Below, one piece after another: positions 35,183 through 45,951 of a DNA stretch of 64,000 nt. The position numbers and the translations under genes were made by a program. The stretch spans positions 35,511 to 99,510 of the forward strand of contig CAZOJI010000003.1 of assembly GCA_964580055.1 (NCBI GenBank). The letters are read 5' to 3'. The notes beneath the pieces are model-generated. The model ran no database searches and was not told the DNA's origin. It worked only from the letters and a program-made list of their open reading frames with translations. Each line of letters opens with the position of its first letter. The stretch's first letter is position 1. The DNA comes from an uncultured Gemmatimonadaceae bacterium (GTDB taxonomy: Bacteria; Gemmatimonadota; Gemmatimonadetes; Gemmatimonadales; GWC2-71-9).

Positions 35183-36513
35183 GCGCTTAGATGCTCGGCA
35201 AGGTATGAAGACAGTCGATCCACGCTGACCCGATCTTGACCCAGAGTATCACGATCGCGGACTGTGACTGTCTGGTCCTGCAGGGTTTGGCCGTCAACAG
35301 TTATCCCAAACGGGGTACCGATCTCGTCCTGACGACGGTAACGCCTGCCGATCGCGCCACTTTCATCGTAGAAAGCAGCGAAGCGAAAGCGGAGTTCGTC
35401 ATAGATTCTGCGAGCTATTTCGGGCATTCCGTCCTTCTTTACGAGTGGAAACACGCCTACCTTGACCGGCGCCAATTGGGTACTGAAGGCCATTACCACA
35501 CGTTTCTCACCGGCGACCTCTTCCTCGCGATATGCATCGACCATCGCTACCAGAGCAAGCCGATCGGCGCCCAATGATGTCTCGACGATGTAAGGCACAT
35601 ATCGCTCGTTGTTGACGGTATCCACATACGCGAGTTTCTTGCCCGAACACTCTTGATGTCGGCTCAGGTCGAAATCAGTGCGGTTGTGAATTCCCTCGAA
35701 CTCCTGCCAGCCGAATGGGAACTCATATTCGATGTCGTAGCCGTCTTTCGCGTAATGTGCCAACTCATCAGGGGGGTGTTGATAGAAACGAAGTCGTTCG
35801 GGCCTTATTCCGAGGCCTTTGTGCCATTGCATCCGCAGCTCGCGCCATTCCTCGAACCACCGTTCGTCATCACCCGGTTTCACGAAGAATTGCATCTCCA
35901 TCTGTTCGAACTCCCGGGTGCGGAAAGTGAAGTTGCCCGGCGTGATTTCGTTCCGGAAAGCTTTCCCTATCTGCGCTATCCCGAAGGGGATCTTTTGGCG
36001 CGATGCCTGTATCACGTTCAAGTAGTTGACATAGATCCCCTGGGCTGTCTCCGGACGCAGATACACGACCGCAGCATCTTCCTCCAGGGGACCCATGAAA
36101 GTCCTGAACATGAGATTGAACATTCGCGGCTCCGTGAGCGTTCCCTTGTTGCCACACACGGGACATTGAGCATCCGGTTGACCAGGCTCCCCTTTGATTC
36201 GCTCATCGTCGCCGCGGAACCTGTTCCTGCAGACCTTGCAGTCAACGAGAGGATCCGTGAATCCGGTTACGTGTCCGGAAGCCCTCCATACCTCTGGATG
36301 CATGAGTATGGCCGCATCGATTCCTTCGATGTCGTCTCTCTCGTGGACCATCGCCCGCCACCAGCGCTGCTTGAGGTTGTTCTTCAACTCGACGCCTAGA
36401 GGGCCGTAATCCCAAACCGACCCGACACCACCGTATATCTCCGAAGACTGGAACACAAACCCCCTGCGCTTGGCCAGGGAAACGAGCTTGTCCATCAACG
36501 CGAGGTCAGCCAT
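35179..36513 (-). CDS. glyQS: Glycine--tRNA ligase (dimeric class II, GlyQS type)
   Basis: [23 protein letters not shown]...[13 protein letters not shown]...[25 protein letters not shown]. Confidence 0.9.
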   Translation of the reverse strand: MADLALMDKLVSLAKRRGFVFQSSEIYGGVGSVWDYGPLGVELKNNLKQRWWRAMVHERDDIEGIDAAILMHPEVWRASGHVTGFTDPLVDCKVCRNRFRGDDERIKGEPGQPDAQCPVCGNKGTLTEPRMFNLMFRTFMGPLEEDAAVVYLRPETAQGIYVNYLNVIQASRQKIPFGIAQIGKAFRNEITPGNFTFRTREFEQMEMQFFVKPGDDERWFEEWRELRMQWHKGLGIRPERLRFYQHPPDELAHYAKDGYDIEYEFPFGWQEFEGIHNRTDFDLSRHQECSGKKLAYVDTVNNERYVPYIVETSLGADRLALVAMVDAYREEEVAGEKRVVMAFSTQLAPVKVGVFPLVKKDGMPEIARRIYDELRFRFAAFYDESGAIGRRYRRQDEIGTPFGITVDGQTLQDQTVTVRDRDTLGQDRVSVDRLSSYLAEHLSA

Positions 36514-36972
36514 CTTGACGATTCTTCGACTTTGAAATGGATACTAGAATGATCTGGAGACGCGAAGTATAGAGTGCCCGTACCCCTCCAGCAAGCGAAA
36601 CAATGCTCTGTTGCTCGGATATCATCGCAGGTGCACAACCTGCTCCACACATCTCCCCACCAGAACAGATGCTCCCCAAAATGCCGTTCGGAATCTCGTA
36701 AGAGATTGCGGCAACACGACTTGTGCATTCGAACGAGAGTACTTAATATGTGGCGCAATATCGGCAAATTGAGCTGGAGTCGCCGCTTCAAGGAGGCACT
36801 TGACCAAGATTGCGATTCACGGCATCGTGCTCCGCTTTGAAGAGTATGATATGGAGCCGGATGGACTTTGGAGCCAGAAGTCGAAGAACCGCAACGAGGA
36901 CGGTTGCGGCGCTGAGACATTTCTCTCTCTGACAACTCACAGGCAAGCTGTTCTTCCGGACGTGACTGCGGC

Positions 36973-39375
36973 ATGAACGACTCACAGCGCGAACCGAGCA
37001 GTGATACTTCCGATTCCAGCTCCCCACAACGAGGACCGGCCGTACGTGAGATTCACCTGAGAGATCTCACCAAGGTCGTCATGCAGCATTGGCGGCTCGT
37101 CCTATTGCTTGCAATACTCGCCGCCGGCGGTGCATACCTCTCGGGTCGTGACGCAATAGATCAGTATCAATCAGAGCTCACTGTACAGATTTCCTCGCGC
37201 AAGCAGGTGTTCGCGCGGATGGACGACATAGATGTCGATGAGCTCGCTTTGCGAACCGATCCAGTCTTGTCGGAAGCGCTGGTCTTGGGTACCCAACGTC
37301 TCGCTTTGCGGGTTGTCGATGCTCCTCAGCTCCAGCTCAGATTCGAGATGAGCGACCCGCGGTTTTTCAGGGGCGAATACTTCACTGCCATTGCCGTTGA
37401 TTCCGCGGCCCCTGTTGGGGATTACATCCTGATGCAGCCAGGTCCACCTGGGGTGTTCGAGTTGCGCGATGAGCGTACCGGAAATGTGCTCTGGACCGGA
37501 TCGAATGATGCTCCCGTTACTGGCCCTGGTTTCAGAATGCGAGTGATCAAATCCGAGCTTCCCAATGATGGAATCGGGTTCCGCATTGTCACTCGTGAGC
37601 AGGCTGCAGCGTGGGTGCGTGGAGGGATATCCTATTCGGTGGTAACACAGACCAACGCGGTTCGTATACGGTTCACGAGTACGGACCGTACTCTGGTGCC
37701 TCATGTCCTCAATCAAGCAGCGATAGAGTTGCAGAAGGACGGAAAGGATCGCGCTCTCAGGACTGCCAAGCAAAGGGTCTCTTACATCCGAGACGAGTTG
37801 GAGGGCAGAGACCGGGAGTTGCAGGACAAAATGCGCGAGCTGCAGGAGTTCATGGAAACGGAACAGATCACGAACCTCACTGCGGAAGAGCAGGCGATTG
37901 TCGCGTCCATTAGGGAATTGGAACGGCAGCGCCAGGATATCCTGATTCAGGTATCCGCGCTTCGCGACGCTGCCGAGACCACTGACACCATCGGAGTGGA
38001 CGTGCTCAATAGGCTCGCTGCTCTGGAAAGCACTGCCAACAATAGCGCCGTATTGTACCAGATTCGAAATCTACTACAGCTCTATGAGGAGAGGCGCAGC
38101 CTTACGGCCGGCCCACTAGGGTTACGCGGCGACAACCCTCAGATCGGAGCGCTGAACCAACGTATTCGGACAGGACACGAGGCACTCCAGGCAGCGGTAC
38201 GCGCATCCTTGGAAAGCCTCGGCCACCGTAGCGAGGCCCTCAGCAGCGAGATTGACTCGCTGCGCACCCATTTGCTGACGTTTCCGGGCAAAGAGACCCG
38301 AATCGCGCAACTCGAAATCGAACGAGACATCCTCCAAGACACTTACAGCTATCTCCTGGGTCAATATCAGCAAGCGCAGCTCCAGGAAGCGACGATTTCC
38401 CATTACGTGGAAATACTCGACGGGGCATCTCCTGCGTCCCGTATTGGGACCGGATTGCGCGATAAGGTCATCCTTGGTTTGCTCGTTGGCCTACTACTGG
38501 GGCTTGGAGGGGCTTTCTTCCTGGAGTACCTGGACCAGACGATCAAGTCCGCTGCAGACGTCGAAAGAGTGCTCGGAGTACCAGTCCTCGGTATCATACC
38601 GCTCCAGGGGAGCTTCGCTGCTGCGTCCAACGGATCCCACAATCCGGTCTTGGCAACTCAGAAGCTCTCACCGGATGATCCGTCTGTAGAGGCATTTCGT
38701 TCACTCCGCACCAACGTTACGTTCGTCGCAGCCGAGCGGCCCATCCAATTTCTCGCGGTGACGAGCCCCGGTCCGGGAGAGGGGAAGTCGACAATTACGG
38801 TAAACCTCGCCGTAGCACTCGCCCAGGGGACTACGCGAGTGCTACTCGTCGACGGTGACCTACGACGTCCTAACTTGCACCGCACGTTTCAGTTGGTGGC
38901 CGAGCCGGGACTCACCGGCATTCTAGTCGGCAAATCGACGTTCCGAGAGACCGTGCGAACCGAGGTGATTCCCAATCTCGACGTGCTACCTTCGGGAGCG
39001 CGTCCGCCTAATCCTTCAGAGTTGCTGGGATCCAAAGCGATGCAACAGTTCGTGGCAGAGGTGCGTCGCGAGTATGACTACATAGTTGTGGACACACCAC
39101 CGGCTCTCCCTGTTACGGACTCAACGGTCATAGGTGCCGCCGCCGACGCGATCATCGTCGTAGTGAAGAGCGGCGAGACAGAGGAACAAGCCGCTCAACG
39201 TGCCTTGACACAGTTGCGCAGAGTGCACGCCAGGGTAGCGGGGGTGGTGCTCAACGGCGTTACCAAGCGATACGAGCAGTATTACAGTTACTATTCCTAC
39301 ACGGCAAGCAGCGGGTCCCGCCGCGAGCGCTTGGGCGGCACGAAACTCGGTTCCCGCATCAGGAAGCTTTTCTAG
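36973..39375 (+). CDS. Polysaccharide co-polymerase / BY-kinase (Wzc/GumC-like tyrosine autokinase)
   Basis: 800 aa with N- and mid-protein TM segments flanking a long coiled-coil periplasmic domain. Walker A SPGPGEGKST, Walker A' VLLVDGDLRRP, Walker B VVDTPP, and a C-terminal Tyr cluster YEQYYSYYSY. Confidence 0.85.
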   Translation: MNDSQREPSSDTSDSSSPQRGPAVREIHLRDLTKVVMQHWRLVLLLAILAAGGAYLSGRDAIDQYQSELTVQISSRKQVFARMDDIDVDELALRTDPVLSEALVLGTQRLALRVVDAPQLQLRFEMSDPRFFRGEYFTAIAVDSAAPVGDYILMQPGPPGVFELRDERTGNVLWTGSNDAPVTGPGFRMRVIKSELPNDGIGFRIVTREQAAAWVRGGISYSVVTQTNAVRIRFTSTDRTLVPHVLNQAAIELQKDGKDRALRTAKQRVSYIRDELEGRDRELQDKMRELQEFMETEQITNLTAEEQAIVASIRELERQRQDILIQVSALRDAAETTDTIGVDVLNRLAALESTANNSAVLYQIRNLLQLYEERRSLTAGPLGLRGDNPQIGALNQRIRTGHEALQAAVRASLESLGHRSEALSSEIDSLRTHLLTFPGKETRIAQLEIERDILQDTYSYLLGQYQQAQLQEATISHYVEILDGASPASRIGTGLRDKVILGLLVGLLLGLGGAFFLEYLDQTIKSAADVERVLGVPVLGIIPLQGSFAAASNGSHNPVLATQKLSPDDPSVEAFRSLRTNVTFVAAERPIQFLAVTSPGPGEGKSTITVNLAVALAQGTTRVLLVDGDLRRPNLHRTFQLVAEPGLTGILVGKSTFRETVRTEVIPNLDVLPSGARPPNPSELLGSKAMQQFVAEVRREYDYIVVDTPPALPVTDSTVIGAAADAIIVVVKSGETEEQAAQRALTQLRRVHARVAGVVLNGVTKRYEQYYSYYSYTASSGSRRERLGGTKLGSRIRKLF

Positions 39376-39396
39376 GTGCTCCCGCCCGGCCCAGAG

Positions 39397-40686
39397 TCAT
39401 TCAACTTCGACTAGTTGATCCCTTCGAGTACCCACACCGATAAGGGAAAGAGGCACTTCCATCAGGTCCTCGAGTCGTCTCAGATAGACTTTCGCATTCG
39501 CCGGAAGATCGGCGTATCTCCTCATGTCCGATGTGGGTTCGCGCCATCCTGCAAGCTCTTCATAAACCGGCTCGACCGCGTCCAATGTGTCCAGGTCGGC
39601 GGGGAAACCGTCCACGGTCTTCCCATTGACGTAATATCCCACACATACGAGAATCCTCTCGAACTCGTCCAACACATCGAGCTTGGTGACTGCCAGATTT
39701 GTGAAACCGTTGACCCTGGCGGCGTAGCGGGCAAGCTCGGCATCGAACCAGCCACAGCGCCTAGCTCTACCGGTAGTCGCGCCGTATTCACCTCCCACAC
39801 TGCGCAGTTCTTCACCTACGGGTCCCCGCTCCTCGGTGGGAAAAGGGCCATTGCCGACACGCGTTGTGTAAGCCTTCACAACTCCGAGCACAACATCAAT
39901 GGCACGTGGTCCGATTCCCACCCCAGCCGCAGCGGCGCCGGCAGTGGTGTTGGAGGAAGTAACGAATGGGTATGTACCGTGATCGATATCGAGCAGTGCG
40001 CCCTGCGCCCCCTCCAAGAGGACTGATTTGCGTGACCTCAAGGACTGGTGCACCAGGTGTCCCACGTCCGAAGAGAGTGACATCAGTCGGGGCGCAACGC
40101 GTTGGACCAGAGCGATGTGCTGACTCAGATCAGCACGCTCCTCGGATCCCAGTGCCTCGAGCAGCATGTTCACCCTGGCCACGTTATTCCGGATTAGACT
40201 CTCAACCCGTGCGGGGTGTTTCAAATCCCCAACTCTTATGCCACGGCGGCCAGTACGGTCCTCGTACGCAGGTCCGATTCCTCGTCCCGTTGTGCCGATC
40301 TTCTGTATCGATTCGGCTGCGCGATCAAGGAGCTTGTGATAGGGCAACACGAGATGAGCGCGATCGGACAACACCAACCGACCTGTGAGGCTGACGCCAC
40401 GACCTTCGAGTCCTTCCACTTCCGCCGCAAACGTCTCTGGGTCGAGTACGACACCGTTTCCCAGCATGCAGATCACGCCCGGCTGCAGGACTCCGGTGGG
40501 TAGTTGATGAAGGACGAATTCTTCATTATCGAGGACTACGGTGTGTCCAGCGTTGGCCCCACCCTGATAGCGGACAACGATGTCTGCTCTCTTGGAGAGA
40601 ACATCCACGATTTTGCCCTTGCCTTCGTCACCCCATTGAGCACCTACGACGACGGCGCAATGGCAATGCGGACCGAATATTGGCAT
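39397..40686 (-). CDS. purA: Adenylosuccinate synthase
   Basis: VVVGAQWGDEGKGKIVD...QGGANAGHT...GTTGRGIGPAYEDR. Confidence 0.9.
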   Translation of the reverse strand: MPIFGPHCHCAVVVGAQWGDEGKGKIVDVLSKRADIVVRYQGGANAGHTVVLDNEEFVLHQLPTGVLQPGVICMLGNGVVLDPETFAAEVEGLEGRGVSLTGRLVLSDRAHLVLPYHKLLDRAAESIQKIGTTGRGIGPAYEDRTGRRGIRVGDLKHPARVESLIRNNVARVNMLLEALGSEERADLSQHIALVQRVAPRLMSLSSDVGHLVHQSLRSRKSVLLEGAQGALLDIDHGTYPFVTSSNTTAGAAAAGVGIGPRAIDVVLGVVKAYTTRVGNGPFPTEERGPVGEELRSVGGEYGATTGRARRCGWFDAELARYAARVNGFTNLAVTKLDVLDEFERILVCVGYYVNGKTVDGFPADLDTLDAVEPVYEELAGWREPTSDMRRYADLPANAKVYLRRLEDLMEVPLSLIGVGTRRDQLVEVE

Positions 40687-40815
40687 GGCACCTTCGGAAC
40701 AGCCACAAGAAAAGAGAACCCCACGGGCTTCCGCAGGGCTGTCGGGCTTCTTAAGCTAGGTGACCCTCCAACACCCGTCAACCTAAAACCGAACTCGTAC
40801 CGGCCACACCGTTCG

Positions 40816-41712
40816 TCAGCTCGGCAGAACTCCGGCTCTTCGCAACATCTCGGTGACTTGCTTGCGCTCAGTTTCACCGATGTTTCGCAAAGGAGCGCGT
40901 ACCGGACCGCCATACAATCCGATGTCATCCATAGCTGCCTTTATACCCGCAATACCCAGCCTACCGACGATGCCGGCATGCAGCGGGGCAACACGTTCCT
41001 GAACACCGCCAGCACTCTCGCGGTCTCCCCGCGCGTATGCTACGCCTATGTCGCCTGTCAGACGAGCTGCAAAACACCCAGTTGCCGCGATCGCGCCGGC
41101 GGCATCGAGTTCCAACGCTCCGTAATACAGGGCGCCGGAACCCACGAGTAACGTCCATTCGGGCGCCGCGTCGCGATAGGCGGCGAGATTCTTGAGATCG
41201 CCCGATGAATCTTTGGCGCCCCAAATGTTGGGATGGTCCGAAAGTGAAGCGAACAGAGCAGGTGAAAGGGAAACATGAGTGTACTTGGGCATGTTGTACA
41301 ACATCACCGGGATAGGCGATTCGTCGGCGACACGCCGGAAATGCTCCGCAAGCGCCTCAGATGACAAAAGGGGGGCATAGTAGGAGGGCGGCCTCACCAG
41401 CGCCGCGTCAGCACCCTCGGCGGCGGCTACGCTGCATGCCGACACGGTTGCGCGGGTGGACTCACGTCCCGCACCGGCTATGAGCCATTTGTCAGGAGGG
41501 ATGAGGTCTCGCAGCCATTCCAGTATGTTGCGGTAATCTTCATCTCCAAGAAGGGACGCTTCCCCTGTAGAACCCGCCGCGAGCAGCCCCTGAACCCCTC
41601 CATCCATCAGGGCTCGTGCGTTTTCCCGAAGGTGAATCGGCGCCACATCTCCCGTGGCCTGGTCAAAAGGAGTAGTCAGAGGAACCAGAAGTCCATTTGG
41701 GCGTGATTTCAT
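40816..41712 (-). CDS. Dihydrodipicolinate synthase (DapA) family aldolase
   Basis: 298 aa: LLAAGSTGEASLL...YNMP...WGAKDSSGD (Schiff-base Lys context). The exact substrate cannot be assigned. Confidence 0.7.
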   Translation of the reverse strand: MKSRPNGLLVPLTTPFDQATGDVAPIHLRENARALMDGGVQGLLAAGSTGEASLLGDEDYRNILEWLRDLIPPDKWLIAGAGRESTRATVSACSVAAAEGADAALVRPPSYYAPLLSSEALAEHFRRVADESPIPVMLYNMPKYTHVSLSPALFASLSDHPNIWGAKDSSGDLKNLAAYRDAAPEWTLLVGSGALYYGALELDAAGAIAATGCFAARLTGDIGVAYARGDRESAGGVQERVAPLHAGIVGRLGIAGIKAAMDDIGLYGGPVRAPLRNIGETERKQVTEMLRRAGVLPS

Positions 41713-42869
41713 TGTTGTACCATGTCCATGCCATCGGTGTATCCACCGGGGATCTCATTTGCCCCTTGCGATTCGGCCTCACTGGAAGTCGCGGCACGCG
41801 ATTGGCGCCTGAATGTCCGCAGTCTCAACTCGAATTCGGGGGGATTGCTCGCCGCCGCCTTCGCGGCCTCGAATGTAACTACGTCACCCTCGACGAGATC
41901 GATGAGGTGTTGGTCGAAGGTTTGCATTCCGTGTTGGTCTCGCCCGTTTGCTATGTAGTCCTTTATTTCTCCAACCCTGTTCCGGTCTCTTATTAGATCA
42001 CGGATTGCCGGAGTGCATGTCATTATCTCCACTGCAGGGCAGCGCCCCGCCTCATCAATGCGAGGCAGGAGACGCTGAGAAATCACGGCATGGAGCGAAT
42101 CGGCCAGGCGGTTGCGCGCAACCTCCTGCTCCTCATGTGCAAACATCGCCACGATGCGAGCTATGGTTGTCGTGGCATCGGGAGTATGCAAAGTGGAGAT
42201 CACTACGTGTCCGGTCTCCGCTGCCTTCATAGCCGTGTCTATTGTCTCCACATCTCGCATTTCTCCTATGAGGACGACGTTCGGGTCCTGCCGCAATGCC
42301 GCCCGCAAACCGATCTTGAAACTTTCCGTGTCAGCACCGATCTCGCGCTGCGTAACAGAGGCCTTGAGGTCTCTGTGAAGGAACTCGATTGGATTTTCGA
42401 GCGTCACGATGTGCTTGTTCATGACTGTATTGATGTGATTTATCATTGCGGCCATAGTTGAACTCTTGCCGCTCCCCGTCACACCCGTCACCAGAATCAT
42501 GCCGCGTTCCACTTCGGCGATGCCACTTATCACTCTCGGAAGATGCAGTTTTTCCAGGGTCGGTACTTCGAAGGGTATGACGCGCATCACAATCATGAAT
42601 GATGAGCGCTGCCGTAGGATATTCACACGAAATCGGCCAACCCCTGGTGAGCCCCAGGAACAATCATAATCCTTTATGTGATCGACCTGCTTGCGGTCCT
42701 CCTCGGATGGAATCAGCTTCAGCGCGATCGACTTCGTCTGCTCCGGGGTGAGGCGTTGCTTCGTTAGAGGCCTCAACTCTCCATCGATCCGAGCGCGAAA
42801 CACATCGCCGGCCTTGATGTGCAGATCGGAAGCTCCTCTCTCCACTGCCGCCTTTATTATGTTCTCCAT
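41709..42869 (-). CDS. pilT: Type IV pilus retraction ATPase PilT
   Basis: ERGASDLHIKAGDV...ILVTGVTGSGKSST (Walker A)...LRQDPNVVLIGEMRD...GHVVISTLHT. Confidence 0.85.
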   Translation of the reverse strand: MENIIKAAVERGASDLHIKAGDVFRARIDGELRPLTKQRLTPEQTKSIALKLIPSEEDRKQVDHIKDYDCSWGSPGVGRFRVNILRQRSSFMIVMRVIPFEVPTLEKLHLPRVISGIAEVERGMILVTGVTGSGKSSTMAAMINHINTVMNKHIVTLENPIEFLHRDLKASVTQREIGADTESFKIGLRAALRQDPNVVLIGEMRDVETIDTAMKAAETGHVVISTLHTPDATTTIARIVAMFAHEEQEVARNRLADSLHAVISQRLLPRIDEAGRCPAVEIMTCTPAIRDLIRDRNRVGEIKDYIANGRDQHGMQTFDQHLIDLVEGDVVTFEAAKAAASNPPEFELRLRTFRRQSRAATSSEAESQGANEIPGGYTDGMDMVQQ

Positions 42870-42870
42870 G

Positions 42871-43899
42871 CTAGTACCCGGCCTCGAGATTCACAACGTT
42901 GCGCAGTTTGTCTCCTCTGAGATACCGTCCAATATTATCGCATATGAGATCGATTTCACGATCCCAGAAGCGATTGCTGACAGCAGCAACATGCGGCGTG
43001 AGGAATACCGCAGGGTGATCCCAAAACGGATGCTCACGGTGCAGAGGTTCTCTCGAAACCACGTCCAGCACGCATCCTTGTAAATGACCCGCATCGAGTT
43101 GCTCAATCAATGCCTCTTCATCCAATATGCCTCCGCGCGAGACATTCAAAACGAAGGCGCCTCGCGGCGTCGCCCTCAGCACAGATTCACTGACGAGGTT
43201 ATCCGTGGCGTCCGTGTGCGGCAATGCCAACACCAACACATCACTATTGGCTGACAGCTCCAGAAGGTCGTCCGCACCACCCAACCACACCAGGTCGGCG
43301 AATTTCGGGCCCGAGATATTCCGGCGAACAGCTCTCACCTCCATGCCAAGTGCCGCGCACTTTCGTGCGATCGCTCGGCCGATCCCGCCGAAACCCACGA
43401 TCCCCACTCTCAATGACGAAAACTCGGTGGGCACAGCCTCGTTCGCTGTGAACGATTCCCTGTCCCATCTGCGCTCCGATTGAGCACGGGCGGCACGGTG
43501 AAATCCTCGGGCACAGAAACCGATTGCCGCTACTACCCAATCAGAAACCGGCTCAGCGTGGATTCCTCGCGAGTTCGTTAGCACGGCGTCGCTAGCTCGG
43601 AAGTCATCGGTTATACTCGCGCCCACACCAGCCGCAGCGGAGTGTGCCCATCTGAGCATCCCTGCTGCATGGAGAGCTACCGTACCCGGTATGCCCCACC
43701 CGAAATACACTTCCGCACCATCATATGATGCTTTGACCATCGTGGAGTTCTGCCGATCCCCTCTATTGGACGCCTGCAGCGACGACAGGCTCAAGACCTC
43801 CCAATCGCGGCCGAATGTGCGCTTTATCGCCTCGAGTGAATCCGGCGGCAGTCGCCAGACTGGGTGGTGAGACCCTAGCTCTACTACCGCTCGCCTCAT
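42871..43899 (-). CDS. D-isomer-specific 2-hydroxyacid dehydrogenase family protein
   Basis: VGIVGFGGIGRAIARK (NAD fold)...NVSRGGILDE...LDVVSREPL. Start set at the internal ATG (MRRAVVELG). Confidence 0.75.
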   Translation of the reverse strand: MRRAVVELGSHHPVWRLPPDSLEAIKRTFGRDWEVLSLSSLQASNRGDRQNSTMVKASYDGAEVYFGWGIPGTVALHAAGMLRWAHSAAAGVGASITDDFRASDAVLTNSRGIHAEPVSDWVVAAIGFCARGFHRAARAQSERRWDRESFTANEAVPTEFSSLRVGIVGFGGIGRAIARKCAALGMEVRAVRRNISGPKFADLVWLGGADDLLELSANSDVLVLALPHTDATDNLVSESVLRATPRGAFVLNVSRGGILDEEALIEQLDAGHLQGCVLDVVSREPLHREHPFWDHPAVFLTPHVAAVSNRFWDREIDLICDNIGRYLRGDKLRNVVNLEAGY

Positions 43900-44073
43900 G
43901 GCTCCCCGATCGCAATCGATCTCACCAAGCAAACCCTGCGAGCGATTCGAGCCTGACAGGTATTCCGTCCACAATCATCTCGGTTTCAGCGGAATCTCCG
44001 AAGCGCGGCAGTGTTAGGACGACTGTGATATCCAATCGTAGACCGCGAGGCCTCCTAATCGTCTCTTTCAGAT

Positions 44074-45078
44074 TCACGGCGCGCGCCGTGCAACGGCATG
44101 CGCCGGAGCAAAGCCCATGTGCGCTCTGACCCTGGACATCGTATCGCGGGCAATATCACCAGCGCGTTCCGCCCCATCGGCAAGGATGTCATTGACGCGC
44201 TCGATATCCGCGTTCAGTTCAGAAGCGCGATCTCTCAGCGGTGCTAGCTCGCCTGCAATGTTCTCGGACAGAACTCGCTTGCAGTCCAGGCACCCCCACC
44301 CAGCGGATCGACATTGACCCGCAACATAATTCACCACGTCGGACGGCGAAAAACTCTTGTGGAGCGCATAGATATTGCAAACTTCGGGCGTTCCCGGATC
44401 AGTCTTTTTCACTCGGGCCGGGTCAGTCACAGCAGGGCGCAAGTGTTCCCAAATACTCTCAGGATCCTCCAGTATACCAATCGTATTGCCCAAGCTCTTG
44501 GACATCTTGGCCTGTCCATCCAATCCCAATATGCGTCCCGCATTCGTGAGTTCTGCGCGTGGCTCAGGAAAAAAACCTTCAGCGTAGCGCGAGTTCCATT
44601 TCCGTGCGATCTCGCGCATCAACTCTATGTGCTGAACTTGATCCTCGCCTACGGGAACGATATCCGCCTTGTATATGAGTACGTCAGCTGCTTGAAGCAC
44701 AGGGTAGTTGAGAATACCTGCCAGCACACTTTCCTGCCGCTGAGATTTGTCCTTAAATTGGGTCATTCGTTCGAGTTCACCGACGGGTGTAACTGACGTG
44801 AAGACCCATGCAAGCTCGGTGTGCTCTGGTACGTGTGATTGAACGAAGAGTACCGTTCTCACTGGATCTATGCCGGCTGCGAGCAAACCTACGGCCATCT
44901 GGATAGTGCGGGACTCGAGTTGGTCGATCTCGTAAGCCTGAGTGATGGCATGGTAATCGACGATACAGATGAAGCACTCATGCTCTGACTGCATCTTGAC
45001 CCAGTTCTTGACCGCGCCGAGGTAGTTGCCGAGATGCAGTTCACCTGATGGCTGAATTCCCGAAAATACTCTTCCCAT
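44074..45078 (-). CDS. trpS: Tryptophan--tRNA ligase
   Basis: VFSGIQPSGELHLGNYLGA (HIGH-type)...KMSKSLGN (KMSKS). Confidence 0.9.
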   Translation of the reverse strand: MGRVFSGIQPSGELHLGNYLGAVKNWVKMQSEHECFICIVDYHAITQAYEIDQLESRTIQMAVGLLAAGIDPVRTVLFVQSHVPEHTELAWVFTSVTPVGELERMTQFKDKSQRQESVLAGILNYPVLQAADVLIYKADIVPVGEDQVQHIELMREIARKWNSRYAEGFFPEPRAELTNAGRILGLDGQAKMSKSLGNTIGILEDPESIWEHLRPAVTDPARVKKTDPGTPEVCNIYALHKSFSPSDVVNYVAGQCRSAGWGCLDCKRVLSENIAGELAPLRDRASELNADIERVNDILADGAERAGDIARDTMSRVRAHMGFAPAHAVARRAP

Positions 45079-45114
45079 GGAACCAAGCTATGAATACACG
45101 AGAGGGGTCGCAAG

Positions 45115-45915
45115 GTGGATACGAACCGAACCGTTCTTGACTCGGCCGTCAAGGCCGCCAAGCTGGCCGCAGATCACATTAGATCAGTCGAGCGGCCCGT
45201 GAACCCTTCTTCCTGGGAAGAGAAAGGCACCTGCGATTTCGTCACACAAATCGACACTGCGTGTGAGCGCTTGATTGCCGAATTACTGCTTCGGGAACAC
45301 CCAGGCTCTGTCGTGATGGGCGAAGAACTCACTCCTGAGGCTGCAGGCACTCCCGATAGTGTCACCTGGATAGTGGATCCACTCGACGGTACGATCAACT
45401 ACCTCCACGACTACGAGGCTTACGCGGTTAGCGTCGCCGCCATGATGGACAACAACTTGATAGCTGGCGTTGTAGTCGATGTCACCAGAGAACGCATCTA
45501 CCACGGCACTGCCGGCGGAGGTGCTTGGTGTGACGGGCGTCGCCTACGCGTCTCAACTTCGGAGGAGCCCGCCCTTGCTCTCATAGGCACTGGCTTCCCC
45601 TTCAAGGTACGAGACATGCTCCCGCAATACTTGCGACAGTTCACAAACATACTCACTTCCACCAGCGGCATTCGTCGTGCCGGTTCGGCCGCTCTCGACC
45701 TCGCAGACTTGGCATCAGGTAGATTGGATGGGTTCTGGGAACTGTCACTCGCACCTTGGGATGTCGCTGCGGGGACCTTGCTTGTGAGGGAAGCCGGCGG
45801 AGTCGTGACTGACACAGCTGGACACGACGCTGTTGTTCGCCAGGGACCTATTGTCGCTGGAAACCCGAAGATCCACACTTGGCTCTTGAATGTGCTGAAG
45901 CGCGATTTGGGTTGA
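45115..45915 (+). CDS. suhB: Inositol monophosphatase family protein
   Basis: MGEE...WIVDPLDGTINY...WDVAAGTLLVREAGG. GTG start. Confidence 0.8.
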   Translation: MDTNRTVLDSAVKAAKLAADHIRSVERPVNPSSWEEKGTCDFVTQIDTACERLIAELLLREHPGSVVMGEELTPEAAGTPDSVTWIVDPLDGTINYLHDYEAYAVSVAAMMDNNLIAGVVVDVTRERIYHGTAGGGAWCDGRRLRVSTSEEPALALIGTGFPFKVRDMLPQYLRQFTNILTSTSGIRRAGSAALDLADLASGRLDGFWELSLAPWDVAAGTLLVREAGGVVTDTAGHDAVVRQGPIVAGNPKIHTWLLNVLKRDLG

Positions 45916-45951
45916 GATAGCTTCAACGCGACCTTTGACGCAACAGCCGGC

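Noticed and set aside
36514-36972. Riboswitch (TPP, c-di-GMP) or T-box in the glyQS/BY-kinase divergent spacer; also the 159-aa minus ORF there
   Set aside because: A GCTGAGA string is present but the rest of the TPP core (ACCTGATCTGGATAATGCCAGCG-like) is missing. There are no GEMM or T-box conserved blocks. The ORF is Cys/Arg/Ser-rich and unconvincing.
44075-44090. Perfect 16-nt palindrome CACGGCGCGCGCCGTG as a terminator
   Set aside because: It lies inside the last codons of trpS (…ARRAP*), has no loop and no U-tract. It is most likely coincidental GC-rich coding sequence.
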